NCBI GenBank assembly: GCA_013239625.1
Contig: MU053810.1
Span: 4,248,071 to 4,312,070 of the forward strand
From: Lama guanicoe
Lineage: Eukaryota
Reading direction: 5' to 3'
DNA: 64,000 nt
Numbering within the stretch: position 1 is the first letter of the stretch; each line of letters begins with the position of its first letter. A model generated the notes under the pieces. It searched no databases, was not told the DNA's origin, and saw nothing but the letters and a program-made list of their open reading frames with translations. Below, one piece after another: positions 14,429 through 28,105 of the stretch. The position numbers and the translations under genes were made by a program.

Positions 14429-17400
14429 TTCTAGACTAAGTTGTCTCCATCAATTCTTCCAAGTGCGGTAGGCTGTACGTTTATAAACTTGCCTATTTCC
14501 TTGTAAAAGCACTGGAACTGATTCTGGCCCCAGTCACACATGTACATAAAGGTTAACAATACTTGTGGAGTGCCTGGTAAATGTTGATGATCACCCAGTT
14601 ATGCATTATATGGGATATGTGTGTGTCAGGGAGAGGAGGACCACAAAGCTCACTTTCAGGGAATTTACATCCTGATTGTGTAGAACACGAGGCAAACAGC
14701 AAGTCGTAAGATTTTGAATGGGCTTCCTTCTGACTCCTGTTTCAATGCTGTCCCTTCTGTCCCATGTTCCTTCTCTTGCAGAGCTCCACATATTAAATTG
14801 ACCCAGCAATGTGGTCTACAGAGCTCTTATGAAATTCCAAAAATTGTATTGAATACCACAAGCTACAATTCTACTCTATTACTCATCTAAGAATAATCTG
14901 CTTGCTATGGGAACATTCAGCCTCTAATTAACATTAGCTGTGCTTTATCTCACTTATAAATCTACATGTCAATGAGGACAAAGCATTCTATTAGTAACTG
15001 AATGCCCATGTGTCGAAAGAGTTGATGGAACAATGAAATAAGAAAAGACTTTCTGGAGGAGGTGAGTTTTGAGATGGAGTTCTAGGGAGGTGACAAATGT
15101 GGGTTGTCAGGGAAGTGGGGAAGTTGTCTTCAAGCCATCATGGGGAATGGAGTTTCCCAAGGGGCAGAGTTGGGAATGATCATTGTGGCAGGTAGTGGCC
15201 AAGTTGGCCATGGGGAGTGAGACCTGAGAACTTTCCTGCCATTCTTTTTTCTGCCCTGACTCTCTTATTAGCATGAAATACATCTTTTAAGCCCAGTGTT
15301 TGTTTTGAGCATGGAAGGAGCTCAAGTAGAAGAGAGATGGGTGAGAATGCAACTCTGGTGGAAGTCGTTTTAAAGATACAGAGCAAGAAATGGCGAAATC
15401 ATCACTGCAAGAATGTGTCCCCTTTGTACAAAGATATTCCGTCTGCATATTTAGGTTTCATGCTTCGCTGTGTGCTTATGTGGTGGAGATGAGATAAAGT
15501 TGCAGAAGGAACTTCGAATTGCCTGACTTTTGAAAGTTAAGTCAGCTGTGACTTTCCACTAATAAAGTATCTTCATGGGTTTAATTTTCTTCCAGTTCTG
15601 TGTGTGTGTGTGAGTGAGAGAGGGATTTAATGCAAAGGGAGTAAGTAGGCAGCTGATTTATTGCAAGCAGAGGATTTACCTGAGTGTACCGTCACTGAAA
15701 CTAGCATAGGTCTTAGAAGTGGGAAAATGCTACAGTGTTTAGTGACAGCTCCCGTCTCCTCCTTTTGCAGCACAAATCTGCCCGGCAGAGTCATAATTGT
15801 TCCTCAGCACCGATTTGGACTTTGTCACAGGAATAAAGCCCACATGTTCAGATAACACACCATGGTCTGCAGCAAACTGGATTGCCCAACCCAAAAGGAA
15901 TGCAGGCACGTTACAACCCAATGTGATGCTGGTTGTGGTTTCCAGCAGAGGCCTGGAAGCAGCCCTCCCTCCCGGGGCCTTCTTCCAGGCTCCTCTACAG
16001 TCTTGCTTATGCCTGGGAAATACCCAGGCACAGCAGCAAATGCAAATGATGGAGAAAACCTTGAGAAGCAAGGAGCAGGGCCCTTTCCACTTTCCTTTCT
16101 TTTTATAGCTAATTTCTTGGATTGCTTTCATCCACTCTCCCCACGTATTCATCTACATATACACTGGTGGCTGACATGAATTTGCTCCACAATGATTGTG
16201 TACAAAACACCATATTGCTGTATGTTTCTATATCTCATTAAATCTCAATTTTAACATCCATTGGTGAGGCTAGCCAGCTACCCAGTATCAGTCATTCCTG
16301 GAGGCCTCTGCATATGAGAGGGACCCAGGAGTCCCTTGCTATTCTGCAGCGTAGAGGAATTGGGGAAGGGCCTCTAAGTCTGTAGGCCATTGTGGTCACT
16401 GCTGAGATGTGTGTTGTGGCCTCTTGTGAGTCAGGAGGCCCTTCTCCTGCTGTACCAGGTATGGGCGTGGACATCATTCTCCACATCAACCAAGGTCACA
16501 GCCCCTTGTGTTCAGGCTCCTGCATCCCAGACCTTCCCATCAGACATCCTGGACAGTCAGTGGGCCAGGGGGCAGGCCCTGCAGTGCCCCGCATTTACCA
16601 CTCCAGTCTCTTAATTTCCAGGCTGTTTCTGCCGTCTCTAAACTCAAAGCCACATCCATCTTTTTGGCTAGTAACAGATTCCAAAGCCTGGACAGAGTTA
16701 TTTTTCAGGTTTCTGGCAATTTCTGTTTTAAACTCCTAAACCTGACATTTCAGGGAGCCCTGAACTCAGAGCTCAAGCCTGTTTATCTAGAAGAAGGGGG
16801 TAAAATTTGCCTTATTTTTCCTCGATCCTATTGCAGTAGCAGAAACAAGAATATAAATTTGTGTCTTAATAGATTATCTTGCCACAGACATATTATAGGA
16901 ATTTATGGCAGATGAAAAGAAAAACAGGAATTTTTTTGATTAGTGGAAAATTAGCAAAATTTTTAATTTATTTTATTGTTAACATTGAAGTTGCTTGGTG
17001 TTATAAGATGCAAGGGTCTTCTTAAGATTGATGTGACTGATAGATTGAGTCAACATCCGGAACTGACTGGTTATTTCTGCATCAAAGACTACCAATCTCT
17101 TGTTCCATTTATAAATTCAGGTTAATTATTCTTCCCTTCTGGTCGGGTACCGCAGGACCCCACGTCCCTTACATGCTAAAGAAGCAAATTGTTTTGCTTA
17201 TGTCTCTTACAAGGATGGAGAGGTGTTTAGAAAAAGCCAAATGAGGAAGTTTTTTCCCTGAGAGTTTTGCTGAGAATAACGAACTAAGTTGGACAGTAAT
17301 GATGTGAGCTTTGAGGAGTCCCTCAGGGTTGCTATGTCTATCCTTTGATCTGAAAACATGAGTGATTGAGAAATCAATTAGCACATTCACCATATGTCCA

Positions 17401-17510
17401 AACAGCCTAAAGTAAAGATGAGGGAGGTGATTTTTAAATTTATTAGGAGCCACTAACCCATGAACCGCTCCTCCCCAGATTAAGCGGGGTCAACGATAAT
17501 GCATATATAC

Positions 17511-18110
17511 TGCATTAGTTTGCTATTGCTGCTGTAACAAATTGCTGCAAATTCAGTGGCTTAAGGCACTTATTTATTCTTTCACAGTCCTGGAGGCCAG
17601 GAGTCCTGGTACAGCATGCCTCAACTGGGTCCTCTACTTAGAATCTCACTGGGACAAAACCAAGGTGTTGGCAGGACTGTGTTCCTTTCTACTTTCAAGT
17701 ACATTCTGGTTGTTGATTGAAAGCAGTTCCTTGTGGCTGTAGGACTGTGCTTCCTTGCTGGCTGTCAGCTGGGGGCCACCCTTCATTCCTAGAGGCTCTT
17801 TCTGGTCCTGGCACAAGGCCCCTTCCATCACTTGACCCTCTCCAACTCAGAGTCAATAAAAGCTTTGAATTCTTCTCACACTTAGAGTCCCTCTGACTTG
17901 CTCTTTTGCTGGAGAAAGTTCTTTACTTTTAAGGGCTCATTAAGTGTATTGGACCTACCCAGATAATCCAGGGTGATCTTACTCTCTTAAAATCCATAAC
18001 TTTAGTCACACTTGCAAAACCCCTTTTGTCATGTAATTCAGCATATTCACAGGTTCCAGAAATTAGGGAATGGATATCTTTGGTGGTGGTGGTGGGAGGG
18101 GTGGCTGTCC
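17511..18110 (-). mobile_element. MaLR solo LTR (MLT1D/E-like)
   Basis: TGCATTAGTTTGCTATTGCTGCTGTAACAAATT...GGACCTACCCAGATAATCCAGGGTGATCTT...CATATTCACAGGTTCCAG. Confidence 0.8.
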
Positions 18111-18399
18111 TAATTATCAAAATGTCTTTTTGTAGAAAAAGAATTATAAAACAGTCAATTCAACTGCTTTTAACTTTAAAAACAAATCACTTTAAAGTCT
18201 TCCATAAATGTAACAAAAATATTAACACCATTTTTCAGTTCCAAGTAATGGCAAGTTGGGATGGGCTTGGCAGAACGGAGGCAACATAGAATCTAGAAGA
18301 AAGAATTTATTTCAAAAAGGGGAAAGGGAATGAGGAGAGAGCTTTATTGATGGAGGGAGTCATAGCCACAGAAAAAGAAGATGAAAGAGGAGAGAGAGG

Positions 18400-18975
18400 G
18401 CTGTCTGCATTCCCCTGTTCATTGCAGCATTGTTCTCAGTAGCCAATACATGGAAACAGCCTAATATCTGTTGATGGTTGAATGGCTAAAGAAACGGTGG
18501 TGTACATATACAATGAAAGAAGGAAATCCTGCCATTTGTAACAACATGGGTGGACCCAGAGGGCATAATGCTAAATAAAATAAACCAGACAGAGAGAGAC
18601 AAATATGGTCTCATTTATATGTGGAATCTAAACAAATCAGACTCATAGAACCAGAGAGTGGAACAGTGGTTACTAGGGGCTGGAGAGTCAAGGAAACGGG
18701 AGGAGGTTGGTCAAAGCATACAGACTTTCAGTTATAAGATCAATACATTCTGGGGATCTAATGTTCAGCATGGTGACTGTAGTTAATAATACTGTGTTCT
18801 ATACTTAAAAGTTGGTAAGAGAGTAGATCTTAAGTGTTCTCATCACACCAATGTGTTAATTAACTTGATTATGGTAGAAATTCCAGTCTCTGTATATCTC
18901 AAACATCGTGTTTTACACTTTAAAAATACACAATTTTTATTTGTCAGTTATATGTCAATAAAACTGGAAAAAGGA
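18400..18975 (+). mobile_element. L1MA9/MA10-like 3' end
   Basis: TGTTCATTGCAGCATT..GGAAATCCTGCCATTTGTAACAACATGG..CAGCATGGTGACTGTAGTTAATAATACTG..AATAAAACTGGAAAAA. Confidence 0.85.
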
Positions 18976-19081
18976 AAGCTATATAAAGCTATGTAAAGGA
19001 GAAAGCAGGTGTGTGAAGTCAGTAGGCTTTAAGTGAAGACAATTGAAGGTCTTTGTGGTGTTTGGGGTATTTGTCATCTAT

Positions 19082-19212
19082 TTGGTTGACCGTACTTCCT
19101 AGATTTCCTGAGACAGTCCCAGGTTGCGCTGGTTGTTCTGGCGGTATTTACTGGTAGCATCCCTTTCACTTGTCAGTGTCCTGATTTGGACCACATATTA
19201 CATAGTAATCCT
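19082..19212. mobile_element. hAT-Blackjack MITE (MER81/MER94-like)
   Basis: Degenerate GGGTGACC-type ends; internal GAGACAGTCCCAGG and TGTCCTGATTTGGAC. Confidence 0.5.
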
Positions 19213-20034
19213 CCCTAAAGTAGGGTTCCATCTGGGAGATACATTAACTACTTAGCCTTTTTTTTTTTTTAGCAGTTTTTAACATGTTACCAGAACATCT
19301 GTTCTATGTGCATTGGTCTCAGAATTCTTTAAAATGTGTGAAATTCATCAGTGAATGACTCAGGTCCCTGGACTGAGTTTCTAATTCGTGAATTTATATT
19401 TTATTTCTATTTGTCTCTCACATTCACAGTCTGTGAACTTTATTAGTGGTATTAGAAAATGGCTGTATTTTTTTTCTTTAAACACATTTCCCCCTTTCTT
19501 TCAATATGTTATTGTATAACATATAGTTTAAAATGTAATCTTATGCTTTTTGGAGGGAGGAAACTGAAAACTCATTATATTTTGGATGTTTAGTCGAAAT
19601 ATGCTTTCTAGTATTTTAGGTTTTTCCAGATGAAAATTCAGCTTTTCTTTATCATTTGGGTCCACTTTAAATAGTTTTAAGTTCTTAGAAGTCATATTCA
19701 TGTTTGAATGCTAATTAATCTGTATTGTGAAAACAAGTGTAAATAATGGTGATAAATAAAAGAGCAAGTTACCTATAGGAAAACTAACTCTGGCTTTAAT
19801 GAGGCTGTATTTCAGGCTGCTTTTGGTTTTTAAACCATGTATAAAGCTTTTGCCTTACAGTTATTACACCACAGGACTGGTTATTTGATTATTAGATAGT
19901 TTCAATATTGGTTTAAGTAAAATAGATTTTCATGGACTACAGTTTAGTTCTGAATATCTATGTATTATTCTGGATTGTAATGCCTTTAGGAAATAGTGAA
20001 TAAGGGATATATCCAATTTTCCATAGATTAAAAT

Positions 20035-20295
20035 GGTGTGGTGTGCATTACCAGGTCTGGTAACATGGCAGAGTGTAGATGGACCAAATGCTGGCTTTGT
20101 TCCCTAGCAGCTGTGTGACCTCAAATAAGTTGCTCACCTTCTCTGATATTCAGTATCTGCATGTCCCAAGTGGGGATGTCAGTATCAACCTGTGGGAGGG
20201 GGCATGTTGATAAGGATTAAGTGAGATTAATGAGAAATCCCTATCACAGTTTGTGGTACATAAGCAGAGTTCAAAAATTACTAGTTACCATCACC
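20035..20295 (+). mobile_element. MIR SINE
   Basis: CTAGCAGCTGTGTGACCTCAAATAAGTTGCTCACCTTCTCTG...AGGATTAAGTGAGATTAAT (MIR core). Confidence 0.75.
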
Positions 20296-21149
20296 TTACC
20301 CCTAGAGGTGTCTGGTATGCTAATATGTGAACTTAATCCTCGACATCCAGCCTGACCAGAACCCTAACTTTGTGATGGAAGATTTTGTCCATTTAGATGT
20401 AATATTCTTTTTATATTGTTTTATTATATTTAAAAACTTTTTTCCAGTTACATCCTCATGGTTTACTAAAAGAAGTATTTTATGAGTATTAGCTAAAACA
20501 CTAATAAAAAATGCTTTTGCAAAAAAGATTAGAAATTTGGAATTTCATAACTGGGCCAGAAACACTAGAATTTTCTTATTATAGCAGATTTATCATTTCA
20601 ATAGCAAATGTTCCTAGTTGAAAGGTCTTACCACAAGAGATTAATGTTAGTCATTCTTCTCGAGGGTAGCCAAAATCTCCTTTGTGTTGCATGTTTTGTG
20701 GAATAAAAGAAAATAGCTTTGATTGGTGATTTGAGGACAGGGTCACAGTCCCTGGGATGGGGGTGGGAGTCCTTTGGTGCCTCCTTTATGGCACCTTCGA
20801 GATGCCTCTGTCCGTGGTGCTGACCTCCAGACAAGCTGCGCTCCAGTTTAAGTATTTGACGGCCCAGGGTTTCTTCCATGCCAGGCACCTAGAGAGCTCC
20901 CTTTGGTTTGTTGTTGCTGTTCTTCTCTGTTGGGTCTGTGTCACTTTAAAGCTCTTCTTAGACTTCCCCAATTCTCAAAAGGCCAGCTTGCTCCTGGTTA
21001 CTATTTTTTAAATGCTCTTTTCCGGTGTCTTGTTTCATGCCATAGTTCAGAGTTTTCTGAAATGTCTCTTGGCCCAAGTCACTCATGGTTGCTGAGATTT
21101 AAGTCCCCTTTAGTGGTATTTCTCATTCCTCATCCCACAAACTTTTAAT

Positions 21150-21892
21150 GCTCCCCTCCAGTTTAGAGAAATCTCAGTCTTCCTGCTGTTTCTCCTTTAC
21201 TCTCACACTATGATCACACAACACTTCAAAGGCCAATTGCAAGTCCAGGTTGTCACCTGTGCTTGTGACTGACAGGCTACAGATTCCAGGTTCCAAAGAC
21301 CCCCTTCACTGGATTCCACTAATTTGCTAGAGTGACTCACAGAACTCAGAGAAACAGTTTATCTACTAGATTCCTGGCTTACTGTAAAAGGACATAACTC
21401 AAGAACAGCCAGATGGAAGAGATGTAATAGAGAAAGGTCTGGGGAAAGGGCACAGAGCTTCCATGCCCTCTCCCAGCACATCACTCTCCCAGCACCTCCA
21501 CATGTTCACGAACCCAGAAGCTCCTCTAATCCTGTCCTTTTGGGTTTTTATCAAGGCTCCCTTACATAGTCAAGGTTAATTAAATCATTGGCCTTTGGCA
21601 GTTGACTCAGCCTCCAGCCTCTCTCCTCTCCCTAGAGGTTGGGTTGTGGGACCAAAAGTTCCAACTCTCTAGTCAATGGTTGGATCCCCAGGCAATCAGT
21701 CCCCACCCTTAGGAGACCTAGGGGCTTTCCAGAATTCACCTCATTAACATAATAAAAGATACCTTTTATCACTCTTCTCTTTTAGGAAATTCCAAGAGTT
21801 TTAGGAGTCTGTACTAAAATCAAGGGGTGTTCTGTGCAAGGAACAGGGACAAGACCAAATATATATTTCTTATTATAAATCACTATATTATA
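21150..21892. mobile_element. MER21-like LTR
   Basis: TAATTTGCTAGAGTGACTCACAGAACTCAGAGAAACA..AACAGCCAGATGGAAGAGATG..GAGCTTCCATGCCCTCTCC..TATATTTCTTATTATAAATCAC. Confidence 0.75.
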
Positions 21893-22164
21893 CCTCCTAA
21901 GAATAGACTCCTGTCACGGGCACTATAGGGAAACAAAAGGGAAATATGATTTGGTACCTGACTTCAAGAAGCTTAGAATCAGGTGAGAAGTGAGAGAGGG
22001 AGTTCAGTAAACAGATTTGGGAAAGGGAGGCAGGTATACACAGGTACACACGGAGTGTTGTAGGAGAAGTGCAAATAGTGTGCTATGTGAACCTGCAGCA
22101 ATGATTCAGCCCTGGTGCTGGGTGACACAACCAGGGGCCCATTGGTGACACGGTGATGCACAGG

Positions 22165-22525
22165 TTGGTAAAAGAATTTTTCAGAGATAAAGTATGGAAA
22201 TAGAAAGGAGTCTATGAGGTCACACTGTCATAGACAATAGCAGGCCGCCCAGACAAGAGGTGTCTTTGTGAGCACTGAGGGCCAGCTGTTGGGATCTTTT
22301 CTAAGGCAGGGTCACAAGGTGCCTGATCTGCTTGTGCCCAAGTCTCTGATTGGTTGTAGGTGAAGTAAACAGTTTAGAGTCCATGGAGGGTAGTGGGGTT
22401 TGACTCTGATAAGGTGGGCTGAAACGAGCCAGCCTGAGCATTGCCTGGGGCTATTAGTTTGTTGAAGGAAACACGCCCAGTAAAGAATGTACTTTATTTA
22501 GCTCAGGAATGGGGGTCATAGGACT
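22165..22525 (-). mobile_element. Putative LTR fragment, family not recognised
   Basis: Degenerate polyA-like, TATA-like (TTTTCTAAGG) and CCAAT (CTGATTGG) motifs in the order expected for an antisense LTR. Confidence 0.35.
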
Positions 22526-22544
22526 TTGAAGGATGTCAGTTGGC

Positions 22545-22715
22545 CGAACACCTGGCTGCATGGAATAATCACCCAGGAGGGCTTTTCAACATCTTGGTGC
22601 ACACACTGGATCTCAGTCATAATCAGAAGCCCTGGGGATGGAGGTCAAGGTATCAGGATTTTAAAGTCCCCAGGCGATTCCATTGTGCAGATACAGTTGA
22701 GAACCACTGGCCTAA
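22545..22715. mobile_element. MER5A-like hAT-Charlie MITE
   Basis: AATAATCACCCAGGAGGGCTTTT..TTTTAAAGTCCCCAGGCGATTCC..GTTGAGAACCACTG. Confidence 0.7.
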
Positions 22716-23009
22716 AGACAAGCCTCACAAATTCTAATTAACTGGCTCTGCAGCAGGGTGACAGCCATGTCTTGGGAACCTTTATTTCCAACTGATTTCA
22801 TGCTCCTCATGCTCTATAGTGGATGTTGACGACGACCTGCTTCAGGGTTGGTAGGACCTTGTATAATTAGTATACACTCAATAAACACTTGTTTGTGAGT
22901 AGATGAATACCCACTTGTTTTAATGCCCCCCCTCTTTGAAAGGAAACATTTGTTGAGCACCTGCTATGTTTGGGGCACTGTACTAAGTGGTGGGGATATG
23001 GCAGCAAGT

Positions 23010-23200
23010 GCAACTGCATCTCTGCACGGATGCTCTGTTTCCCACACCACGCCTCCCCCTCCATCAGAACCATCCGGGGAGTCTGTTAGCTGAGCAGGCT
23101 CTTGGCTCCCTCCCCAGCCTATCATGGAGTCCCTGGGTGTGAGGTCCAGAGATCTTTGTTCACAAAGCTGCCCAGATGATTCCAACTGCATGAGAGCCAG
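23010..23200. mobile_element. MER5-like MITE
   Basis: CATCAGAACCATCCGGGGAG..CACAAAGCTGCCCAGATGATTCC. Confidence 0.5.
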
Positions 23201-26200
23201 AAAGCCCTTACAAAGTTTCAGTGCAGGACAGAGCAGGGAGAGGAGAGCTGCCATGCACCCTCAGAGAGATTGACTTCCACAGGACCCAAGAAAGGGTGCT
23301 GGGAGGGAGTGGCCTCTGAGCTGGGTCTTCAAGGATGATTATTGGCTCACATGGAGGAAATGGGAGGGAGAGCATTTCAGGCAAAAGGAAAACTCCCAGT
23401 CGAGTTGGAGAGACACGAACAGACACAGTATGTTGAGGAGCCAGAGGCCAACTGTGAGGGGCCGTTTGTGATCTGCAGTTAATTAACCTTTATTGATTTC
23501 CTGCAATGTTCTGAGCACTGTGCCCCAGGAGGGTAAGACTGCTCGAGGAACAGAGTGTTCCTTGGTCTGGCTCCAAGGCTCTTGTTTGGTTGGCCAGAGT
23601 GATGCCCTATCACTGCCAAGCTCTGGGAGTCTCCCAAGAACCTAGCTTCATGGGGTTATAAAGCCACATTTGGGGGTGGCAGTGTTTCTGCAGGAAAGGC
23701 ACAGAACTCTGGCTTGTGTCACCGGGATCACTTCTTCCTGATGCAGCCCCAGCAGGTGCGGTAGGGACTCCCCATCCCCAAACTTCTGAAGGCGCCGAAG
23801 GAGGCAGAGTCTGGTGTGGGAGGGCAGGTGTGGGGCTTGGCTGGCAAGACGCTCATGGAAGTCACAGCTGGTGATCCTGGGAAGCTGGTTGTTTGGTTTT
23901 ATAAAACTATTAATGCCGGGCTATAAACATTATGAGGAAAATGGCTTTGGAAACCTAACCTGAAATTTGAACCACTATTTACACATTTTTGCCTAAGGGA
24001 AAGAGTCCAAACCATGGTCCAAAAACTAAAATGTTTTTGAGTAACAATAGCTATTTATTGATTACTGATCAGGCACCAACGCTCTATGTGCTACACTTTC
24101 ATTACTCCTGGTCTACTTTTCTCCCAGCCCTCCGAGATGTGTGGCATTACTCTATCTGCTTTACCGATCATGGGGCTTGTGAGTGACTGGGGATTTGAAT
24201 CCAGGTGCATGTAGCTACTAAAAGCTGAGTGTGTAACAACCATGCCAGGCTACTTTTGGAACATGGCTTTTGATTAAATTAGTGATTTCCTCTGCCTTCT
24301 TATTTTACATACACATCTCACAGTGTCTGTAGAGGCTTTGGTGAATCATTAATGTAAAACAGGTTGAAAATAAATAAAATGCCCCAGAATAAGTAGGAAG
24401 AAAAATACTACTTTCTTTCCTTTATCCTTCTACATCACTCACTGCTGTACAAAAAAAAAAATCCCTCCTCCTAAGAACTTTTGCTTCAAAGTGCTTGATA
24501 AAGGGTAAGACAATGTAACATTATTCAATTTGGCAGGAATTGCAGCTGAAGTTGAATACCAGATTCCTCTGTTCCAAGGCGTATTTTCAGATACAGTGCC
24601 TAGAAGATGATTCTGATTCTGTAAAACAAAATTTAGAAGGTTAAGATGAATTCAACTGAGTTATGAAAACAAGTGCTGTGATTTACTAAGTATATTCCTT
24701 GATCATCTGTTTTTCTTTTTTCCCATCTGATATTTAGATAATTGTCTGGGGCTTGAATAAAGGTTTACACCTAGCTATCTGATGGTGATGCCTGAAGGGG
24801 AAAGTAAACTGTGGTCTCTGTCGATTCTGTTTGAAGGCATCATGTCCACAGGTGAAATGTAGAGGTTGCTTTGGCTAAGATCTTGTAGCTGAAATATACC
24901 AAAGGGGAACACTGTAGAAACAAAGCTCCTTCACAGTGATCTGGAATTTCAGTAGTCTTCAGTTATTAAATATTTGCTCTTTTTTATTCAAAAGTTTAAT
25001 TATTTGCACATTGACAATTTTCTGCTTGGCTTGGCATTTAATCCGACTGCTCTGTGTTTATTCATTGCGGAGTCTAAACATGGTCTCACTTTCTAAACTA
25101 TTACTGATCTTTATAGTCATTTGATATGATTTAATTATATCATATTATTTAAATAATGCTCTCCTGAGTGCCTTCTGTGTAGCAGGTATTTGTAATCTTT
25201 TCGTGCATGTGATAATTTCAGGTACCAAAGGGTTAACAAAGCATTGCGCAGTTGTTAGACATTTCAAAATATTTATAGTGAAGATATGAATTTGCATGAC
25301 CTCTGAGTAAAAAGAAATTAATTGAGCTCATGCTGTGAAACTAAATAAATCAGTGAGAAGAAAAACCGGCAGGGTTTACTAGAGGAAGTAATTAGATCAA
25401 AGGATTCTTCTGCATTGTCCTAAGTTGCCTCTGTTTGTTTCTGAATGGCTGCTAATGTTTAAATTTCTGAGCTGCCAGATTTTTACTGTTTTGCCAACAA
25501 CATTTTCTCCACTCCAAGCATTACTGGAAAACTAATCAGATGCAATAATTGATTTAACAACAGAATGATTCAATAGTGGCAATCTTCCATAAAATCTCCC
25601 TTCTTCATTCTTAAGGTAAATTATCAATTTAGGGGATCTTTGCAGAAAAGCATCTTTCTTTGCTCCCTTAAAAAGAAGTTCTCTGCACTCCAATTTGTTT
25701 TGGGCTAAAATGTTCCACCTACGGAGCCCTGTGCTAGGATATTAACACTTCATTGACAACCAAGTCTATGATGGTAGTCCCGTATGATAATTACATGGTT
25801 GTTTAAAATTGCTTGTAATCAAAATGATGTGATCTTGATAGAAGAGGGCCTTGTCCAGGACTGACTGAGAAGAGTTTAGTTGTAGAGGCTGTGTGCTTGT
25901 CTGTTGTTGTGATGAAGTGTGCAGTGTTTCGCTTTCTGGAAGCTTCGCTCTGCCTGACCCACACACCTAAGTCCCAGTCGTCTGATGGGCAACATGCAAA
26001 TCACCCCTTACAGTCATGTATAATATTCATAAATACATGTGCATAATTATATTGATATGTATATATGCTTAATGACCAGAGGAAGTACCAAATAGACATG
26101 AAAACTGCAGATTTCACGTCAAGTCTGGATGGCTCCCCCAGTGCTCAGAGACCCTGAGTGTGGCACAGGGCTAGTAGTGAAGGAGTGGGATGGGGTGGGC

Positions 26201-26784
26201 AGGAGACACCACTCTGGGGAGCCCTGAGATGAGTCGGCTCCCCTTCTTCTGGAACGTGTCTTCTCTACGGATTCCAGGATGATCAGCTGTTCCTTTCGAA
26301 ACAACTGAGGACGCTCTCGATTTCTACATGCCACCACTCTTGCCAACTGTCTGCACAGCTGTTTTTTTCAACTCCCCACTTATACACTTAAGGAATTTTT
26401 CTTATAAATGTAATGTGTGTATTGATCATAAAATTTGAATAGTATAGAGATGATCATATAGAAAATAACCACCTCCTCCCCTAAGGGGATCCTTGGTCTC
26501 CTCCCATTTTCTCTCTCAGGTGTTCCCTTGGTTACCTCCAGACTCATCCCAGGTGATGTGCTGATGCTTACATCTCTTGATTTTTCATTCTGTGCTACAC
26601 TCTTTAACTTTATGCAATATATATTGATTCTGTGCTGTGAAAGATGAGGAAGTTAGCACGCTTGTATGACTTATAAAAGGATTTTATTCTTATTAATGAT
26701 CCAGTTATTAATTGCTTTTTATAATGCTAAATAATGTATGCATATATTTTTCTTTATACATTAACCTCAGGCATTACGCCTAGA

Positions 26785-26915
26785 GTCCTCAATACATCTG
26801 TAAAATGGGAATAACTATAATACCGACTTTATAAGGCTGTTATAAGAATTAAATGAGAGAATCCTTTTAAAGTGTTTAGCAAGGGCCCAGCGCTTAGTGA
26901 ATGCTCAATAAATTA
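26785..26915 (+). mobile_element. MIR 3' fragment
   Basis: CATCTGTAAAATGGGAATAA..AGAATTAAATGAGA..AGTGAATGCTCAATAAAT. Confidence 0.75.
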
Positions 26916-27224
26916 GGCCAGTATTTCACGTGGGCAACCCCCAACCTCCAGCTCCTACCGCCTCTCAGTGAGCATCCACCCTGGTCAGCTGGAGTGTGAC
27001 TTGTACGTTATCACTGTTTATGTACATTCTCAGCTGCAGCTTTTCAAATTGACATAAAAATAATTTCCCACCTTCACCTGATGACTAGGGTCATCAGCTC
27101 ATTAATAGCCCAGTTTGTTATATTTGAAGGCATTCTCTTGAGCCCTTTGCTTCTCTATTCAAATTTGGGCGGATTACTTTCTAGGTCTATGGCAGAGTCA
27201 TCATTCTGGCTCTCTTATTGTAAC

Positions 27225-28105
27225 ATGATCAGGGAAGGACTTGCTGGAAGTGATATTCAAGCAAGACTTGAATAAGGGAGAGGAGAATTCTAAGCAGAGG
27301 AAAGAAGTGCAAAGGCCCTGTGGCAAAAGGAGCTTTGCCTACTTGGGACACAAGAAGGGGGCCAGTGCAGCTGGAGTGAATGCAGTGAACAATAAGGGTG
27401 GAAGTGATGGAGGTTATTAGGATCTTGAAGATTCACTAAATGGATTAGATGTGGACTAAACTAGAAAGAGAGGAATCAAGAACAACTCCAATAATTGTGT
27501 TGTATTAGAATGGCTGGGTTGCTGTTCACTAAGATGGCAAAGAATTCAGGAAGAGCAGATTCGGGCCATGTGGTGTCGGTGGGGATGTGGCAGGAAGGGG
27601 CAGAGAGCAAGAGTTCAGTTTTAGACGTTTTCATTTAGAATGTCTACAAAATATCCAAGTGGAGATGTGAAGTAGGAAGTTGGGTATCCAAGTGGAGATG
27701 TCAGGTGGGAAGTTGGCTTTGGGACAGTCATCTAATCTGGGAGTTGTCCGTGGTTGTTAGGCCAGGAGATGAGTGAAATCGTGGAGGAAGAGAATGTGAA
27801 CAGAGAAGAGAATCAACAAGGCTGAGGGTCAAGTTCTTGGTTATGCCCATGTTTAGAGGTGGAGGAAATGAAGAGGAGCCCATAAAGAAGATGAGAAAGA
27901 GGCCATTGAAATATGAGAAGAAGGATGGTGTTCGTGAAGCCAAGTGAAGAAAACATTTCAAGAGGAAAGAGTGAAAGAATTGCAAAGAGGATTCAAAAAG
28001 AAGACAGAGTGATAAAAAGAGTAGCAAAAAGAATACGAGGTTTGAGCACTGACTTCTGGATTTAGTAAAACGGAGCTCATTGGTAAACTTCATAAACGCT
28101 AAGTG
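27225..28105. mobile_element. L2 LINE fragment
   Basis: GCAGAGGAAAGAAGTGCAAAGGCCCTG..ATCCAAGTGGAGATGTCAGGT..GAAGCCAAGTGAAGAAAAC. Confidence 0.75.
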
